Source: Pedosphaera sp. (GTDB lineage Bacteria; Verrucomicrobiota; Verrucomicrobiia; Limisphaerales; SIBH01). Taken from it: a DNA stretch of 64,000 bases. Made by a program: the position numbers and the translations under genes. Positions 18,848 through 28,254 of this stretch are shown here, in pieces. The notes under the pieces are model-generated. The model was not told the DNA's origin and made no database searches. It saw only the letters and a list, made by a program, of their open reading frames with translations. Every line of letters begins with the position of its first letter. Position 1 is the first letter of the stretch. Location: NCBI GenBank assembly GCA_031414955.1, contig JANOQV010000184.1, positions 1-64,000 on the forward strand, in the 5' to 3' direction.

Positions 18848-20635
18848 TTACGGCAGCGGGTCCGACCACCGATCGCGATCCATCAGCAATAACTCACCGC
18901 TCGAGAGCAGCCTTTCCGGAGAGTGGCGCAAAGGAAACCCAGTCGGAACCTCGCCCCGCACGAAGCATTGCAGGAAAAACGCCCCCCACCCCCGGTTGTC
19001 GCCGGCGAACCAGTTGGAGAAGAACCGGCTGTCCGTCGTCCGGGCACTTACGTAAAGCCCGCTTACGGATCGCTGGAAATCGTTGATCTGATAAAAATCA
19101 TCCTTCCAGTTCATCGGCATCCAGACGCATGGCCGCTCGCCATACCAAGCCATCGCCCAAGGCACATCGCTCATCATCAGTTCCCCTTCCTTAAGGTAAT
19201 GTGCCATCTGCTGCACCCTCGGCGGATAATAAGGCGGGGCGAAGGCCCGCGACCGGGGGGGCAGAAAGACCAGCAACATTGGCAGTGAGATTAACAACGC
19301 GAAACCCGTCAAAGCCCCGACCCGAAGCGGGGCCGATGGGATGGGCAGCGACTCGAACAGGATGAAGAACAATCCCACCCCGAAAATCAGCACCAACGGC
19401 GCCGCCAGCACGAGCAGATTCTCCGAATTGAAAACTTGCGCCTCGGTGGTGAGATGGGTGCGGGTCAGCGCCTGCACAGGCAGCAGCACGGCCAGCATAC
19501 CCAGGACGAGCCAGCGCGCCCGATTCAAATTTGTGCTCCGGAAACGCACCAGCAATCCGGCGAGGAAGAATGACCAGAGCCAGTTCCCGCCCAGCAACGG
19601 CAGTTCACTGGTAAATATGATGCGGCTGTTGGCCACCAGTTTGCGCGTCATCGCCATCAGGACCGTCCATTTCTGCTCCATCAATCCAGTGGTGGCGGGT
19701 TTCAAGGAACGTTCGAGTGAATCCCCAAGGAAAAACGGCGTGTCCTGCAACACGGCGAAAGTCTGGGTGCCAAACGGGGCTCCACTCAGGAAAACATTGC
19801 GCACCAGCCAAGGCGTGACCACCAACAGGAAACTCGCCAGGACGGCCAGGAAAAAGACGATCCGCCGCCGTGGACTGCAAACCAGGATGAAGACCAGCAC
19901 GGGCAGCAGCAGCCAGCCAGTCGAATACCGCGTGAGCATGGACACACCCACGACGAACCCAGTCCCACCCGCCAGCCCCAGCAATCGGCCCAGCGAAGCA
20001 TTCTCCCGCTGACCGCGCTCAAACCAACCCAACAACCAGGCCAGAGCCAAAATCAAATCCATCAGCCAAATCGTGCTGAGCCCCGATACGCTGAACCGCC
20101 AGTAATGTTCCGTGAGCACGAACAGGATGACCGACATCCAGGCCACGCTGCGGTTGAACCAGTCGAGAGCCAGCCGGAAGACAAGCCACGCGCCCACCCC
20201 CAGCAGAAGCTGGTTCAGCACCGCGATGGCCAGATCCGTGGGCACCGCGTTGAAGCCTTTGATTGCCCCGAGATCTCCCCCCTCCGGCACCACCTGGAGC
20301 AAGACCGCCAACAAGAGCGGATACACGGGCGGATTTGAAATATCCTGGTGCCCCTCCTTCAACAGCGTGGATTTGTCGGCCCGGCGCTGACCGGTCATCG
20401 CCAGGCTCAACGGGCGCACACAATAGGTGGTGAACCCCCTCCCCGCCGCGATGTTCCGGCCCAACTGCGCCGCGTCCATCGCCTCCGCGTTGGCAAGATT
20501 GCGAAAGCACCACACGTCATACATCACAGCCACCAGCACGAAGGCCACGATAGCCAGCACCCAGCGCATGAAACGCGCCCCCGCGCCTTCTTCCACGCGG
20601 TGAATCCATTCCTGTAGCTTGAGCGATCCCAGCAC
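18848..20635 (-). CDS. GT-C fold membrane glycosyltransferase (ArnT/PMT-like, GT39/GT83)
   Basis: DAAQLGRNIAAGRG, PPVYPLLL, multiple TM helices, LTRY, PWLVRN. Confidence 0.8.
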   Translation of the reverse strand: MLGSLKLQEWIHRVEEGAGARFMRWVLAIVAFVLVAVMYDVWCFRNLANAEAMDAAQLGRNIAAGRGFTTYCVRPLSLAMTGQRRADKSTLLKEGHQDISNPPVYPLLLAVLLQVVPEGGDLGAIKGFNAVPTDLAIAVLNQLLLGVGAWLVFRLALDWFNRSVAWMSVILFVLTEHYWRFSVSGLSTIWLMDLILALAWLLGWFERGQRENASLGRLLGLAGGTGFVVGVSMLTRYSTGWLLLPVLVFILVCSPRRRIVFFLAVLASFLLVVTPWLVRNVFLSGAPFGTQTFAVLQDTPFFLGDSLERSLKPATTGLMEQKWTVLMAMTRKLVANSRIIFTSELPLLGGNWLWSFFLAGLLVRFRSTNLNRARWLVLGMLAVLLPVQALTRTHLTTEAQVFNSENLLVLAAPLVLIFGVGLFFILFESLPIPSAPLRVGALTGFALLISLPMLLVFLPPRSRAFAPPYYPPRVQQMAHYLKEGELMMSDVPWAMAWYGERPCVWMPMNWKDDFYQINDFQRSVSGLYVSARTTDSRFFSNWFAGDNRGWGAFFLQCFVRGEVPTGFPLRHSPERLLSSGELLLMDRDRWSDPLP

Positions 20636-21997
20636 CTACATCTCCTCCAGGTGATACGTGTGCAATTTGCGGTGCAGGGTGCGGCGACTCATGCCGATCT
20701 GCTTCGCGGCCAGGCTGCGATTGCTGCGGTTTTCCTTAAGGGCTTTGATGATGAGTTGCCGCTCGGCCTCCTTGACCGTGAGATCTCCCAGCACCCCGTC
20801 GCCCTCGGCGAGGCTCCCACCCCGCCCGTCCCGCAGGTTCATCGGCAGGTCGCGACCCAGGATGTTCTCGCCGCGGGCCAGCACGACCGCGTGCTCCACG
20901 ACCGCGCGCAACTCGCGCACATTGCCTGGCCAGCCGTACTCCAGCATGAGCTTCGTCGCCTCGGGCGAAAGGCCGCGCACGTTCTTCCCGTTCTCGGCCG
21001 CGAACTCCTGCACAAAGGTCTGCGCCATCAGCGGCAGGTCGGCCTTGCGCTCACGCAGCGGCGGCAGGTGAATCTCCAGCACCCGCAGCCGGAAGTAGAG
21101 GTCGTCGCGAAAAGCGCCTTCCTTCACGAGCTGGGCCAGATTTTTGTTGGTGGCGGTGATCAATCGTACGTCCGCAGTCAGAGTCTTGTTCGAGCCGACC
21201 CGTTCAAAAGTTCTTTCCCCGAGGAACCGCAGCAGCTTCACCTGCGTGGCCGGCTCGATCTCCCCGATCTCATCCAGGAACAGCGTCCCCCCCTGCGCCT
21301 GCTCAAACCGCCCGATCCGCCGCTCGTGCGCGCCGGTAAAAGCCCCCTTCTCATGCCCGAAAAGCTCGCTCTCCAGCAAATTCGAGGGCAGCGCCGCGCA
21401 ATGCACCGTCACGATCGGCCCGTTGCGCCTCGGACTCAGCCCGTGAATGGCTTTGGCGACCAGTTCCTTGCCCGTGCCGCTCTCACCCGTGATCAAGACC
21501 GAGGTCCGCGCCGGCGCCACCGCCTGCACCAGTTCGAACACCTCCTGCATGGCCGGCGTGTGGCCGATGATGTTCTCCAGCCCGAAGCGCGTGTGCAGTT
21601 GCTGTTTCAGCTCCACGTTCTCCGTCTCCAGCTTCTGCTGCTTAAGCGCGCGCGCGATCCGCATCTCCAACTCGTCGATCTGCAACCGCCCTTTCGCGAT
21701 ATAATCGTCCGCGCCGTTCTTCATCGCCTCCACCGCCAGCTCCTCCGAGCCGTAAGCGGTCATCAGGATGCAAATGGGCGCACGGCTCAACGCCTTCGCC
21801 CGCCGGATCAGCTTCATACCATCCTCGTTCGGCAGTTTGAAATCCGTCAGCATGACGTCGAACGGCTCCGACTCGAGCAACTGCATGGCGGCGGCGGCAT
21901 CTTCGGCCGCATAGACCTCGTAACGATCCTCCAAGGCCGCACGCAAACCTTCGCGCGACGTCTTCTCGTCCTCGACGATGAGCAGGGATGGTTTCAT
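20636..21997 (-). CDS. Sigma54-dependent response regulator (NtrC/AtoC family)
   Basis: REC domain (VEDE, TDFKLP, TAYG), GESGTGKE, ESELFGHEKGAFTGA, WPGNVREL, Fis HTH; start set to the ATG at 21997. Confidence 0.95.
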   Translation of the reverse strand: MKPSLLIVEDEKTSREGLRAALEDRYEVYAAEDAAAAMQLLESEPFDVMLTDFKLPNEDGMKLIRRAKALSRAPICILMTAYGSEELAVEAMKNGADDYIAKGRLQIDELEMRIARALKQQKLETENVELKQQLHTRFGLENIIGHTPAMQEVFELVQAVAPARTSVLITGESGTGKELVAKAIHGLSPRRNGPIVTVHCAALPSNLLESELFGHEKGAFTGAHERRIGRFEQAQGGTLFLDEIGEIEPATQVKLLRFLGERTFERVGSNKTLTADVRLITATNKNLAQLVKEGAFRDDLYFRLRVLEIHLPPLRERKADLPLMAQTFVQEFAAENGKNVRGLSPEATKLMLEYGWPGNVRELRAVVEHAVVLARGENILGRDLPMNLRDGRGGSLAEGDGVLGDLTVKEAERQLIIKALKENRSNRSLAAKQIGMSRRTLHRKLHTYHLEEM

Positions 21998-22204
21998 TTT
22001 CAGCGCCCGGAGCATGAGGCGGGAGCCGGGGCACAGGTCAACACTTCTCCCTGATTCACGCCGGGGCAGACGCCGCCTGCCCCTGGGATCAGCGGGCACT
22101 ACTTCCGAAAAACCTTAGCCTCCAGAGGCGAGGGCTGCATTTGTTGCGGCGGGTGGCGTTTCTGGCGGCAAAAGTTTTCTTTCCGCCGCCGCGGGTGGGG
22201 GCAA

Positions 22205-22410
22205 AGTTTCCGTAAAAAATGCCTCCGAAACCGCAGGTGTGGCTGCACCCGCCCCGGAAAATGCTCCTGACGCCGTAAAAAATACGCCCCCAGCGGCAAA
22301 AAGAACGCCCCCAGCGGCAGAAAATGCCTCACCTGGCGGGGAAAATGCGCCCCTTTTGGCGGGTGCAACGTCCCGAACCATAAAAAATCAGGCTTTGGCC
22401 CCGGAAAATC
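22205..22410. repeat. Degenerate 21-bp periodic repeat with phased A-tracts
   Basis: A-tracts end at 22219, 22261, 22282, ~22302, 22324, 22345, 22387 and 22408 (multiples of 21 apart); acgcccccagcggca occurs twice. Confidence 0.7.
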
Positions 22411-22442
22411 CGTTTTTAGCCGCGCTTCACCCCGCTTTGCCC

Positions 22443-22680
22443 ATGAGAACCGCCTATTTCGACTCCGGCCTGCGTTGGGACGATCCGAACTTGCGCTGGG
22501 GCGACCCGGCTTACCTCCTCGACCCCCGGCGACCCCGGCTATGTGCCGCCGCCTGATAGCCCAACCAACAACAAACCAAAACGTATGCGACGCAACAATT
22601 ACTACCCCATCCGCCAAGGCGACCAAGTCGTCTGGCTCACGAACTTCTGCCACAAACTCCCCAAATCCCAAATCGGTTCC
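22443..22680 (+). pseudogene. Truncated/frameshifted fragment of a hypothetical gene
   Basis: MRTAYFDSGLRWDDPNLRWGDPAYLLDP, then in another frame MRRNNYYPIRQGDQVVWLTNFCHKLP; protein-like text that stops abruptly against the end of ribE. Confidence 0.45.
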
Positions 22681-22702
22681 CCTGTCTTCCCGAGGCACCA
22701 GA

Positions 22703-23308
22703 TCAGCGCCGGGCCCGCACGAACTTTTCGACATACTTGCCAAGCAAGTCGGCCTCCAGGTTCACGGCGTCCCCGACCCGGCGTTCGCGCAAGGCCGTGA
22801 CCTCGAGAGTGTGCGGGATGATCCAGAGGCGGAATCCTTTCCTGGTCACACCGGCCACGGTGAGGCTGATCCCGTCCACGGCAATAGAACCCTTGAAAAC
22901 CACATAGCGGAGGACCTCGGACGGCGCGGTGATGTCGAGCAAATGATCCGCGCCAGCCCGTTCCCAGCGGGTGATCTTGCCGAGGCCATCCACATGGCCC
23001 GTAACGAAGTGGCCGCCGAGCCGGCCATCGGCAGCAAGCGATCGTTCGAGATTCACCTGAGACCCTTGGGCGGCGAACTGAAGATTGGTTCGCACCCAAG
23101 TTTCGCGGAGCAGATCGAAGTGCAGCCGGGTTCCCGTGCGGGATCGTTGCAGCTTGGTGACGGTGAGGCAGCAACCATTGACGGAAATGCTGTCGCCCAC
23201 CTTGACCCCGCGGGCGCAGAGCCGGACGCGCACGGCGAATTGGATGGCCTTGGCGCCTTCGCGAATGCTTTCGACCGTGCCGGTTTCTTCCACGATGCCC
23301 GTGAACAT
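22703..23308 (-). CDS. ribE: Riboflavin synthase
   Basis: MFTGIVEE, GDSISVNGCCLTV, VNLER, GGHFVTGHVDG, KGSIAVDGISLTV. Confidence 0.97.
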   Translation of the reverse strand: MFTGIVEETGTVESIREGAKAIQFAVRVRLCARGVKVGDSISVNGCCLTVTKLQRSRTGTRLHFDLLRETWVRTNLQFAAQGSQVNLERSLAADGRLGGHFVTGHVDGLGKITRWERAGADHLLDITAPSEVLRYVVFKGSIAVDGISLTVAGVTRKGFRLWIIPHTLEVTALRERRVGDAVNLEADLLGKYVEKFVRARR

Positions 23309-23379
23309 GATGGCGGAGATTCAGGGAAAGCAGGCGAACTCTCAATACACATCTCGCGACTGCGGAGAGGGTGCGGCCA

Positions 23380-24516
23380 CTAGGACTCAAGAACAGCAGT
23401 CATCAATAAATCCTCGCCAAGCCAGCGATAGTCCACGTCCCGCAATTTCAGGGCCTCCTTCAGGTTGGCGATGCCCGGTCCGGCCACACCTTTGCGCGCG
23501 TCGCGGCCACCGATGATCTTGGGCGCGTAGAAGAAGGCGACGCGATGCGCCAGCCCACTGAAGAGGAAGGAGGCGTTTACCTCCCCACCGCCTTCGACGA
23601 GCAGGCGGGTGATGTTTTCACCGCCCAGTTTTCGCATCAACCAGCGGAGGTCGATTCCACCACCCCGCTGCGGGGCCACCTCCACCCGAACTTTCCTTTG
23701 AAGCGCGTCCAGTCGCCGGACCGGCGCGAGTTTGGAGACCACAATCAAGGTCCGGGCCGCGAACTCATCGCTCAGAATCTTCGCGTCGCGCGGCGTGCGC
23801 GCCTCCGAATCGAGCACGATGCGCCACGGCTGCCGTTCACCGTCCACCGCCCCCCGCCCCCCGCGCACCGCCCTCACGGTCAGCGCCGGATCGTCCGCGA
23901 GCACGGTGTTGATGCCCACGAGGATGGCGTCGCTCTGCCTGCGCAGTCTCATGGCTTCAGCGCGGGATTCAGGACCGGTGATCCATTTCGATTCGCCGGT
24001 GCGGGTGGCGATCTTGCCATCGAGCGACAGGGCGGCCTTGACCGTGACGAAGGGCGTGCGGTGGACGATCCAGTGGTTGAAGGCTTCGTTGAGTTGCGTC
24101 GCCTCTTCCGCGAGCACGCCGGGGACGACTTCGAGGCCCGCCCGCCGCAAGAGTTGGAATCCGCGCCCCGCGTGTTCGGGATTCGGATCGGTGGCCGCCA
24201 CGACCACGCGGCGGATGCCGGCGGCCATGATGGCTTCGGTGCAAGGGGGCGTGCGGCCGCGGGTGCAACAGGGTTCGAGGGTGACGAAGAGCGTCGCGCG
24301 ACGCGGATCATGGCCCCGTCGGGCGGCGGCGTGCAGCGCCTCGATCTCGGCGTGCGGCCCTCCGGCCCGGCGGTGCCAGCCCCGGCCGATGATTTCACCG
24401 CCCTTGATCAGCACGGCCCCGACCATCGGGTTGGGCGAGGTGTGCCCAAGCCCGCGCACCGCCAGCCGGAGGGCGAGCCGCATGTTCGTAAAATCTGCTG
24501 GCGACGATAAGCGCAC
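23380..24516 (-). CDS. ribD: Bifunctional diaminohydroxyphosphoribosylaminopyrimidine deaminase / reductase
   Basis: PNPMVGAV, HAE, VTLEPC..GRTPPC, SLDGKIA, WIT, EGGG. Confidence 0.97.
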   Translation of the reverse strand: MRLSSPADFTNMRLALRLAVRGLGHTSPNPMVGAVLIKGGEIIGRGWHRRAGGPHAEIEALHAAARRGHDPRRATLFVTLEPCCTRGRTPPCTEAIMAAGIRRVVVAATDPNPEHAGRGFQLLRRAGLEVVPGVLAEEATQLNEAFNHWIVHRTPFVTVKAALSLDGKIATRTGESKWITGPESRAEAMRLRRQSDAILVGINTVLADDPALTVRAVRGGRGAVDGERQPWRIVLDSEARTPRDAKILSDEFAARTLIVVSKLAPVRRLDALQRKVRVEVAPQRGGGIDLRWLMRKLGGENITRLLVEGGGEVNASFLFSGLAHRVAFFYAPKIIGGRDARKGVAGPGIANLKEALKLRDVDYRWLGEDLLMTAVLES

Positions 24517-24525
24517 GGTGGCCGC

Positions 24526-24554
24526 AGTCTGGGAACCATGTTACAACCTGTCAA
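24526..24554 (-). promoter_or_regulatory. Putative sigma70 promoter of ribD-ribE (near-leaderless transcript)
   Basis: Minus strand TTGACA-N17-CAGACT, ending 10 nt before the GTG start. Confidence 0.45.
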
Positions 24555-24616
24555 CGCGCCGCAAATTGCTTGAACGAATCAAGCGCGGCGGCGTCACTAA
24601 CCCGGTTCAAATTCAT

Positions 24617-26317
24617 ATGCGCGGAAGCCAACAACGACTCGCTCTGGTCCTGGTCGCGCTGCTGCTGGCCTGTGGGCCGCTGGCGCGGGCGGCCAGTTAT
24701 GCGGCCGGCCAGCCCAAGCGCGCCCCGGGCGCAGAGATTTTCGACCTCGGGATGGTCCTCCCCATCCGCATCGTCATTGCTTCCAACGAACTGGCCGTGC
24801 TGCGCAAGGATCAGCGCAAGGATGTGCGGGCCACAGTTTGGGAAGGCACGAACGTGTATCGCGACGTCGGACTGCACGTCAAAGGGGCCGCCGGCAGCAC
24901 GCGGGACATCAATGACAAGCCGGCCCTCACCCTCAACTTCCAGAAGTTCACGCCCGCCCAGCGCTTCCACGGCCTCAGAAAAATCCACCTCAACAACTCG
25001 GTGCAGGATGCCAGCTACCTCTGTGAGAACATTTGCAGCGAACTGTATCGCCAGGCGGGCGTGCCCACGCCGCGCGTCACTTACGCCACGCTGGAGCTGA
25101 ACGGCCGGAAGCGCGGCTTGTATGTGGTCAAGGAGGGATTCTCGAAGGACTTCCTCGGGATGTATTTCAAGAACAAGGACGGCAACCTCTACGACGGCGG
25201 ATTCGTGCGCGAAATCGATCAGCAACTCGAACGCGATCTCGATGGTGACGGCGACGTCCGCGACTGGTCGGACCTCAAGGCGCTGATCGCGGCGGCGCAA
25301 GTGCCGGATGCGACCGAGCGCTTCGAGGTCTTGAGCCAGGTGCTCGACATGGACCGCTTCCTCACCTACGCCACGCTCCAGATCATGACCTGGGACTGGG
25401 ACGGCTACCTGATGAACCGCAACAACTACCGCGTGTATCACGACCGGGACACGGGCAAGATGATTTTCTTCCCGCACGGCATGGACCAGATGTTCTGGGA
25501 GACCGGTCAGCAACCGATTCCCGTGCCGGGCCGCTTCAACAGCCTGGTGGGCCGCGCGGTCATGGAGACGCCGCAGGGCCGGCGGCTTTACAAGCAGCGC
25601 TTCGGCGAGGTCTTCACCAACTTCTTCCAGATTGAAACGCTGACCAACCGGGTCAACGCCCTCGAAACCCTGCTCACGCCCTACGCGGGCAACACCAACG
25701 AATACAAGAACCAGGTCGCAAACATCCGGAACAAGATCGTGGCCCAGCACGCGAACTTCACCAAACGCCTCAACGAGCCAGAGCCGCTGCCCCTCAAATT
25801 CTCCAACGGCATCGCCAGCATCACGAACTGGTCCATCCCATTGACGCCGCCGGACCGGGCCAACGCCATCCGCGAGCGCGTGGCGTTCGAGGGCCGGCCG
25901 ACGTTGCACATCGTGACCACCAACCTGACGACCAACACCACCGCCTCCTGGCGCGCGAGCGTCCTGCTGCAGAAGGGCGTGTACCGATTTGAGGCCCTGG
26001 CTCGCGCCGCCGGGGTCGTGCCGACGACGCTCACCAATGACCTCAAGAAAGGCGAAGGCGCGGGCATCCGCATTCACGGCACCTCCAAGCCGCGCGCCAA
26101 CAAACTGGTCGGCGACCAGGCGTGGCAACCGCTCGAATACGCTCTGACCAACAAGCTGGACGAACCGATGGAGTTCGATCTGCTCTGCGAATTGCGCGCG
26201 GTGGCCGGGGAAGTCTGGTTCGATCTGGCCTCCCTCAAGCTGGTGAAAACAGATGGGGATCCGAACCCGCCCATCAAGAGGGCGCCGAGCGCACCTGCGG
26301 AGGCCAAGCCGCAATGA
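24617..26317 (+). CDS. CotH kinase family secreted protein
   Basis: Signal peptide; HVKG..GS, KPAL, LNNSVQD, GLYVVKE, GNLY, DWDGY...NNYRVY; C-terminal beta-sandwich; start set to the ATG at 24617. Confidence 0.85.
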   Translation: MRGSQQRLALVLVALLLACGPLARAASYAAGQPKRAPGAEIFDLGMVLPIRIVIASNELAVLRKDQRKDVRATVWEGTNVYRDVGLHVKGAAGSTRDINDKPALTLNFQKFTPAQRFHGLRKIHLNNSVQDASYLCENICSELYRQAGVPTPRVTYATLELNGRKRGLYVVKEGFSKDFLGMYFKNKDGNLYDGGFVREIDQQLERDLDGDGDVRDWSDLKALIAAAQVPDATERFEVLSQVLDMDRFLTYATLQIMTWDWDGYLMNRNNYRVYHDRDTGKMIFFPHGMDQMFWETGQQPIPVPGRFNSLVGRAVMETPQGRRLYKQRFGEVFTNFFQIETLTNRVNALETLLTPYAGNTNEYKNQVANIRNKIVAQHANFTKRLNEPEPLPLKFSNGIASITNWSIPLTPPDRANAIRERVAFEGRPTLHIVTTNLTTNTTASWRASVLLQKGVYRFEALARAAGVVPTTLTNDLKKGEGAGIRIHGTSKPRANKLVGDQAWQPLEYALTNKLDEPMEFDLLCELRAVAGEVWFDLASLKLVKTDGDPNPPIKRAPSAPAEAKPQ

Positions 26318-27945
26318 CCCTGCGCCGGTCCATGCTCGCCGCGGTGCTGGCGCTGATTCTGACTGGGGAAGCTGTGGCGGCAAACAAAGCCGCGGTGGCC
26401 AAGCCGGTCAAAGTTCCCGCCTTGCCACCCAAGGAGAAGAAGAGCGATCCGAGCAATCTCCTCTTCGCCACGAACGCGCCCATTTACACCTTCAAGATCG
26501 ACATCAGCGGCGGAGAACTGGCCGCGCTGCAAAAGGACGACCGCAGTTACGCGCGCGGCACATTTACCGTGGGGACAAATGTCCTGCGCGACGTGGCGTT
26601 CCGCGTGAAGGGCAACGGCAGCCGCCGTCCGCTCGGCGAGAAGCCCAGCCTGGTGGCCAAGTTCGACCACTACGTGCCGGGCCAGAAGTTTTTCGGGCTG
26701 AACAAGATCGCCATCAACAACTCCAGCCAGGATCCGACCTTGCTCGCGTGCTTGGTCGCCAATGGAATGTTCACCGACGCGAACGTGCCCGTGGCGCGCG
26801 TCACCCATGCGCGTGCGACGCTCAACGGCCGCGACCTCGGCCTCTACTTCGTCGAGGAGGTTCACAACAAGGATTTCCTCAAACGCTGGTTCAAGAACGG
26901 GGACGGCAATCTCTACGAAGCCTATCTGGCGGATGTGGATTCGCAGATGGATCAGGACGGCGGGGAGGGCCGCGGACAAAAAGACCTCAAGCGATTCGCC
27001 GACGTGGTGAAGATACCCGACGCCACCGAGCGTTGGCAGAAGCTGCCCGAGGTGCTCGACGTGGACCGCTACCTCTCGCACCTCGTCTGCGAACTGTTCA
27101 CCTCCCACACCGACGGCTACGCCATGAACCGCAACAACTACCGCGTCTATCACCACCCCGACACGGACCGGTTCACCTTCCTCGCCCACGGCGTGGACTG
27201 GGCGTTTGGTAATGTGGGTGTCTCGATGAATCCCCCGCAGAATTCACTCGTGACGAAAGCGGTCATGTCCTCGCCGGAGGGCAGCAAACTTTTCAAGGAA
27301 CGGCGGCTGTCGTTGTTGACCAATGTCTTCCAACTCGAAGTGCTGACCAACCGCGTGCACGCCGCCGTGAGCCGCCTCGTGACGCAGGCGCGCAACGGCG
27401 GGGAGACGAATGAGTATCTGCGCTACGGCCAGGAGATGAACAACCGGCTCGCCGCCCGCTGGCGCTTCGTGACCAACGAGCTGTTCGGCCCGCCGCCCAT
27501 CCCGCTCCACTTCGACCAGGACGGCGTGGCCCGCCTGAAAGGCTGGCTCAAGAAAACCGACCAGACTTCGGCCCCCGCCGCGCACGATCGGGGCACCGAC
27601 GGCAGCCATCGCACGCTCCACATCGCCACCACGACCAATGCTTCGACCGTCGCTTCTTGGCGCACCAAGGTGGTGCTGCCGCAGGGCAACTATTTCCTGG
27701 AAGGCGAGGCCCGCGCCGCCGGCATCGTCTCCAAGACCAACGACATTGGCCTGGGGGCCGGCTTCCGTCTCTCCGGCGACAAGCAGCGCCAGAACAAACT
27801 CGAAGGCGACGTCCCCTGGACGCGCCTGCAACACAGCATCACCAATCAGCTCGATCAGGAAGTGGTCATCGTCTGCGAGTTGCGCGCCACCAAAGGTGAA
27901 GTGTGGTTCGACGAAGAGTCGCTGCGGATCGTAAAGCGGAAATGA
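26314..27945 (+). CDS. CotH kinase family secreted protein (tandem paralogue)
   Basis: Signal peptide; RVKGNGS, KPSL, NNSSQD, GLYFVEE, HTDGYAMNRNNYRVY; ATG overlaps the upstream stop. Confidence 0.85.
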   Translation: MTLRRSMLAAVLALILTGEAVAANKAAVAKPVKVPALPPKEKKSDPSNLLFATNAPIYTFKIDISGGELAALQKDDRSYARGTFTVGTNVLRDVAFRVKGNGSRRPLGEKPSLVAKFDHYVPGQKFFGLNKIAINNSSQDPTLLACLVANGMFTDANVPVARVTHARATLNGRDLGLYFVEEVHNKDFLKRWFKNGDGNLYEAYLADVDSQMDQDGGEGRGQKDLKRFADVVKIPDATERWQKLPEVLDVDRYLSHLVCELFTSHTDGYAMNRNNYRVYHHPDTDRFTFLAHGVDWAFGNVGVSMNPPQNSLVTKAVMSSPEGSKLFKERRLSLLTNVFQLEVLTNRVHAAVSRLVTQARNGGETNEYLRYGQEMNNRLAARWRFVTNELFGPPPIPLHFDQDGVARLKGWLKKTDQTSAPAAHDRGTDGSHRTLHIATTTNASTVASWRTKVVLPQGNYFLEGEARAAGIVSKTNDIGLGAGFRLSGDKQRQNKLEGDVPWTRLQHSITNQLDQEVVIVCELRATKGEVWFDEESLRIVKRK

Positions 27946-27967
27946 TCCCGGAAGGGACAAGCCCTAC

Positions 27968-28143
27968 GAGCCGGTCTGAAAATTCGGCCCCGGAGTGCGC
28001 CCGTCCTCGGGCGCAGCAAGGTGATGACGCCGTGCGCGTTGGAGAAACCCACCCCGGCCGCCTTTTCCACGTTGCTGCGCCCGAGGACGGGCGCACTCCG
28101 AGGCCAGTGAACTCGCCGTCCAAACGACTTTTCAGACAGGCTC
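27968..28143. mobile_element. MITE-like element with 15-bp terminal inverted repeats and an internal long hairpin
   Basis: gagccggtctgaaaa (27968-27982) versus ttttcagacaggctc (28129-28143), one mismatch; internal ~29-bp inverted repeat cggagtgcgcccgtcctcgggcgcagcaa spanning 27991-28100. Confidence 0.6.
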
Positions 28144-28254
28144 TGAGCCAATCTTAGCTGGACAGGCGGTTGACCCTGTTTACCCTGCCGCCATGTCCGC
28201 ACTTTCCTCGAACGTGCTTAACCGCAATCTGCGGTCGAATACCTGTTAGGCTCC

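Noticed and set aside
22205..22410. CRISPR or iteron interpretation of the 21-bp array
   Set aside because: Units are too degenerate, lack spacers, and there is no rep or cas gene
23732..24616. N-terminal extension of the first CotH ORF
   Set aside because: Overlaps ribD on the other strand; a signal peptide starts at the ATG at 24617
24517..24616. FMN riboswitch upstream of ribD
   Set aside because: Only ~100 bp separate the divergent genes and no FMN aptamer consensus is visible
24551..26383. Long antisense ORFs (also 5173-6951, 20651-22054, 28789-30342, 31419-33332, 33653-35326, 35651-37360, 37158-39140, 59978-61279)
   Set aside because: All mirror recognisable genes on the opposite strand and have no family signatures
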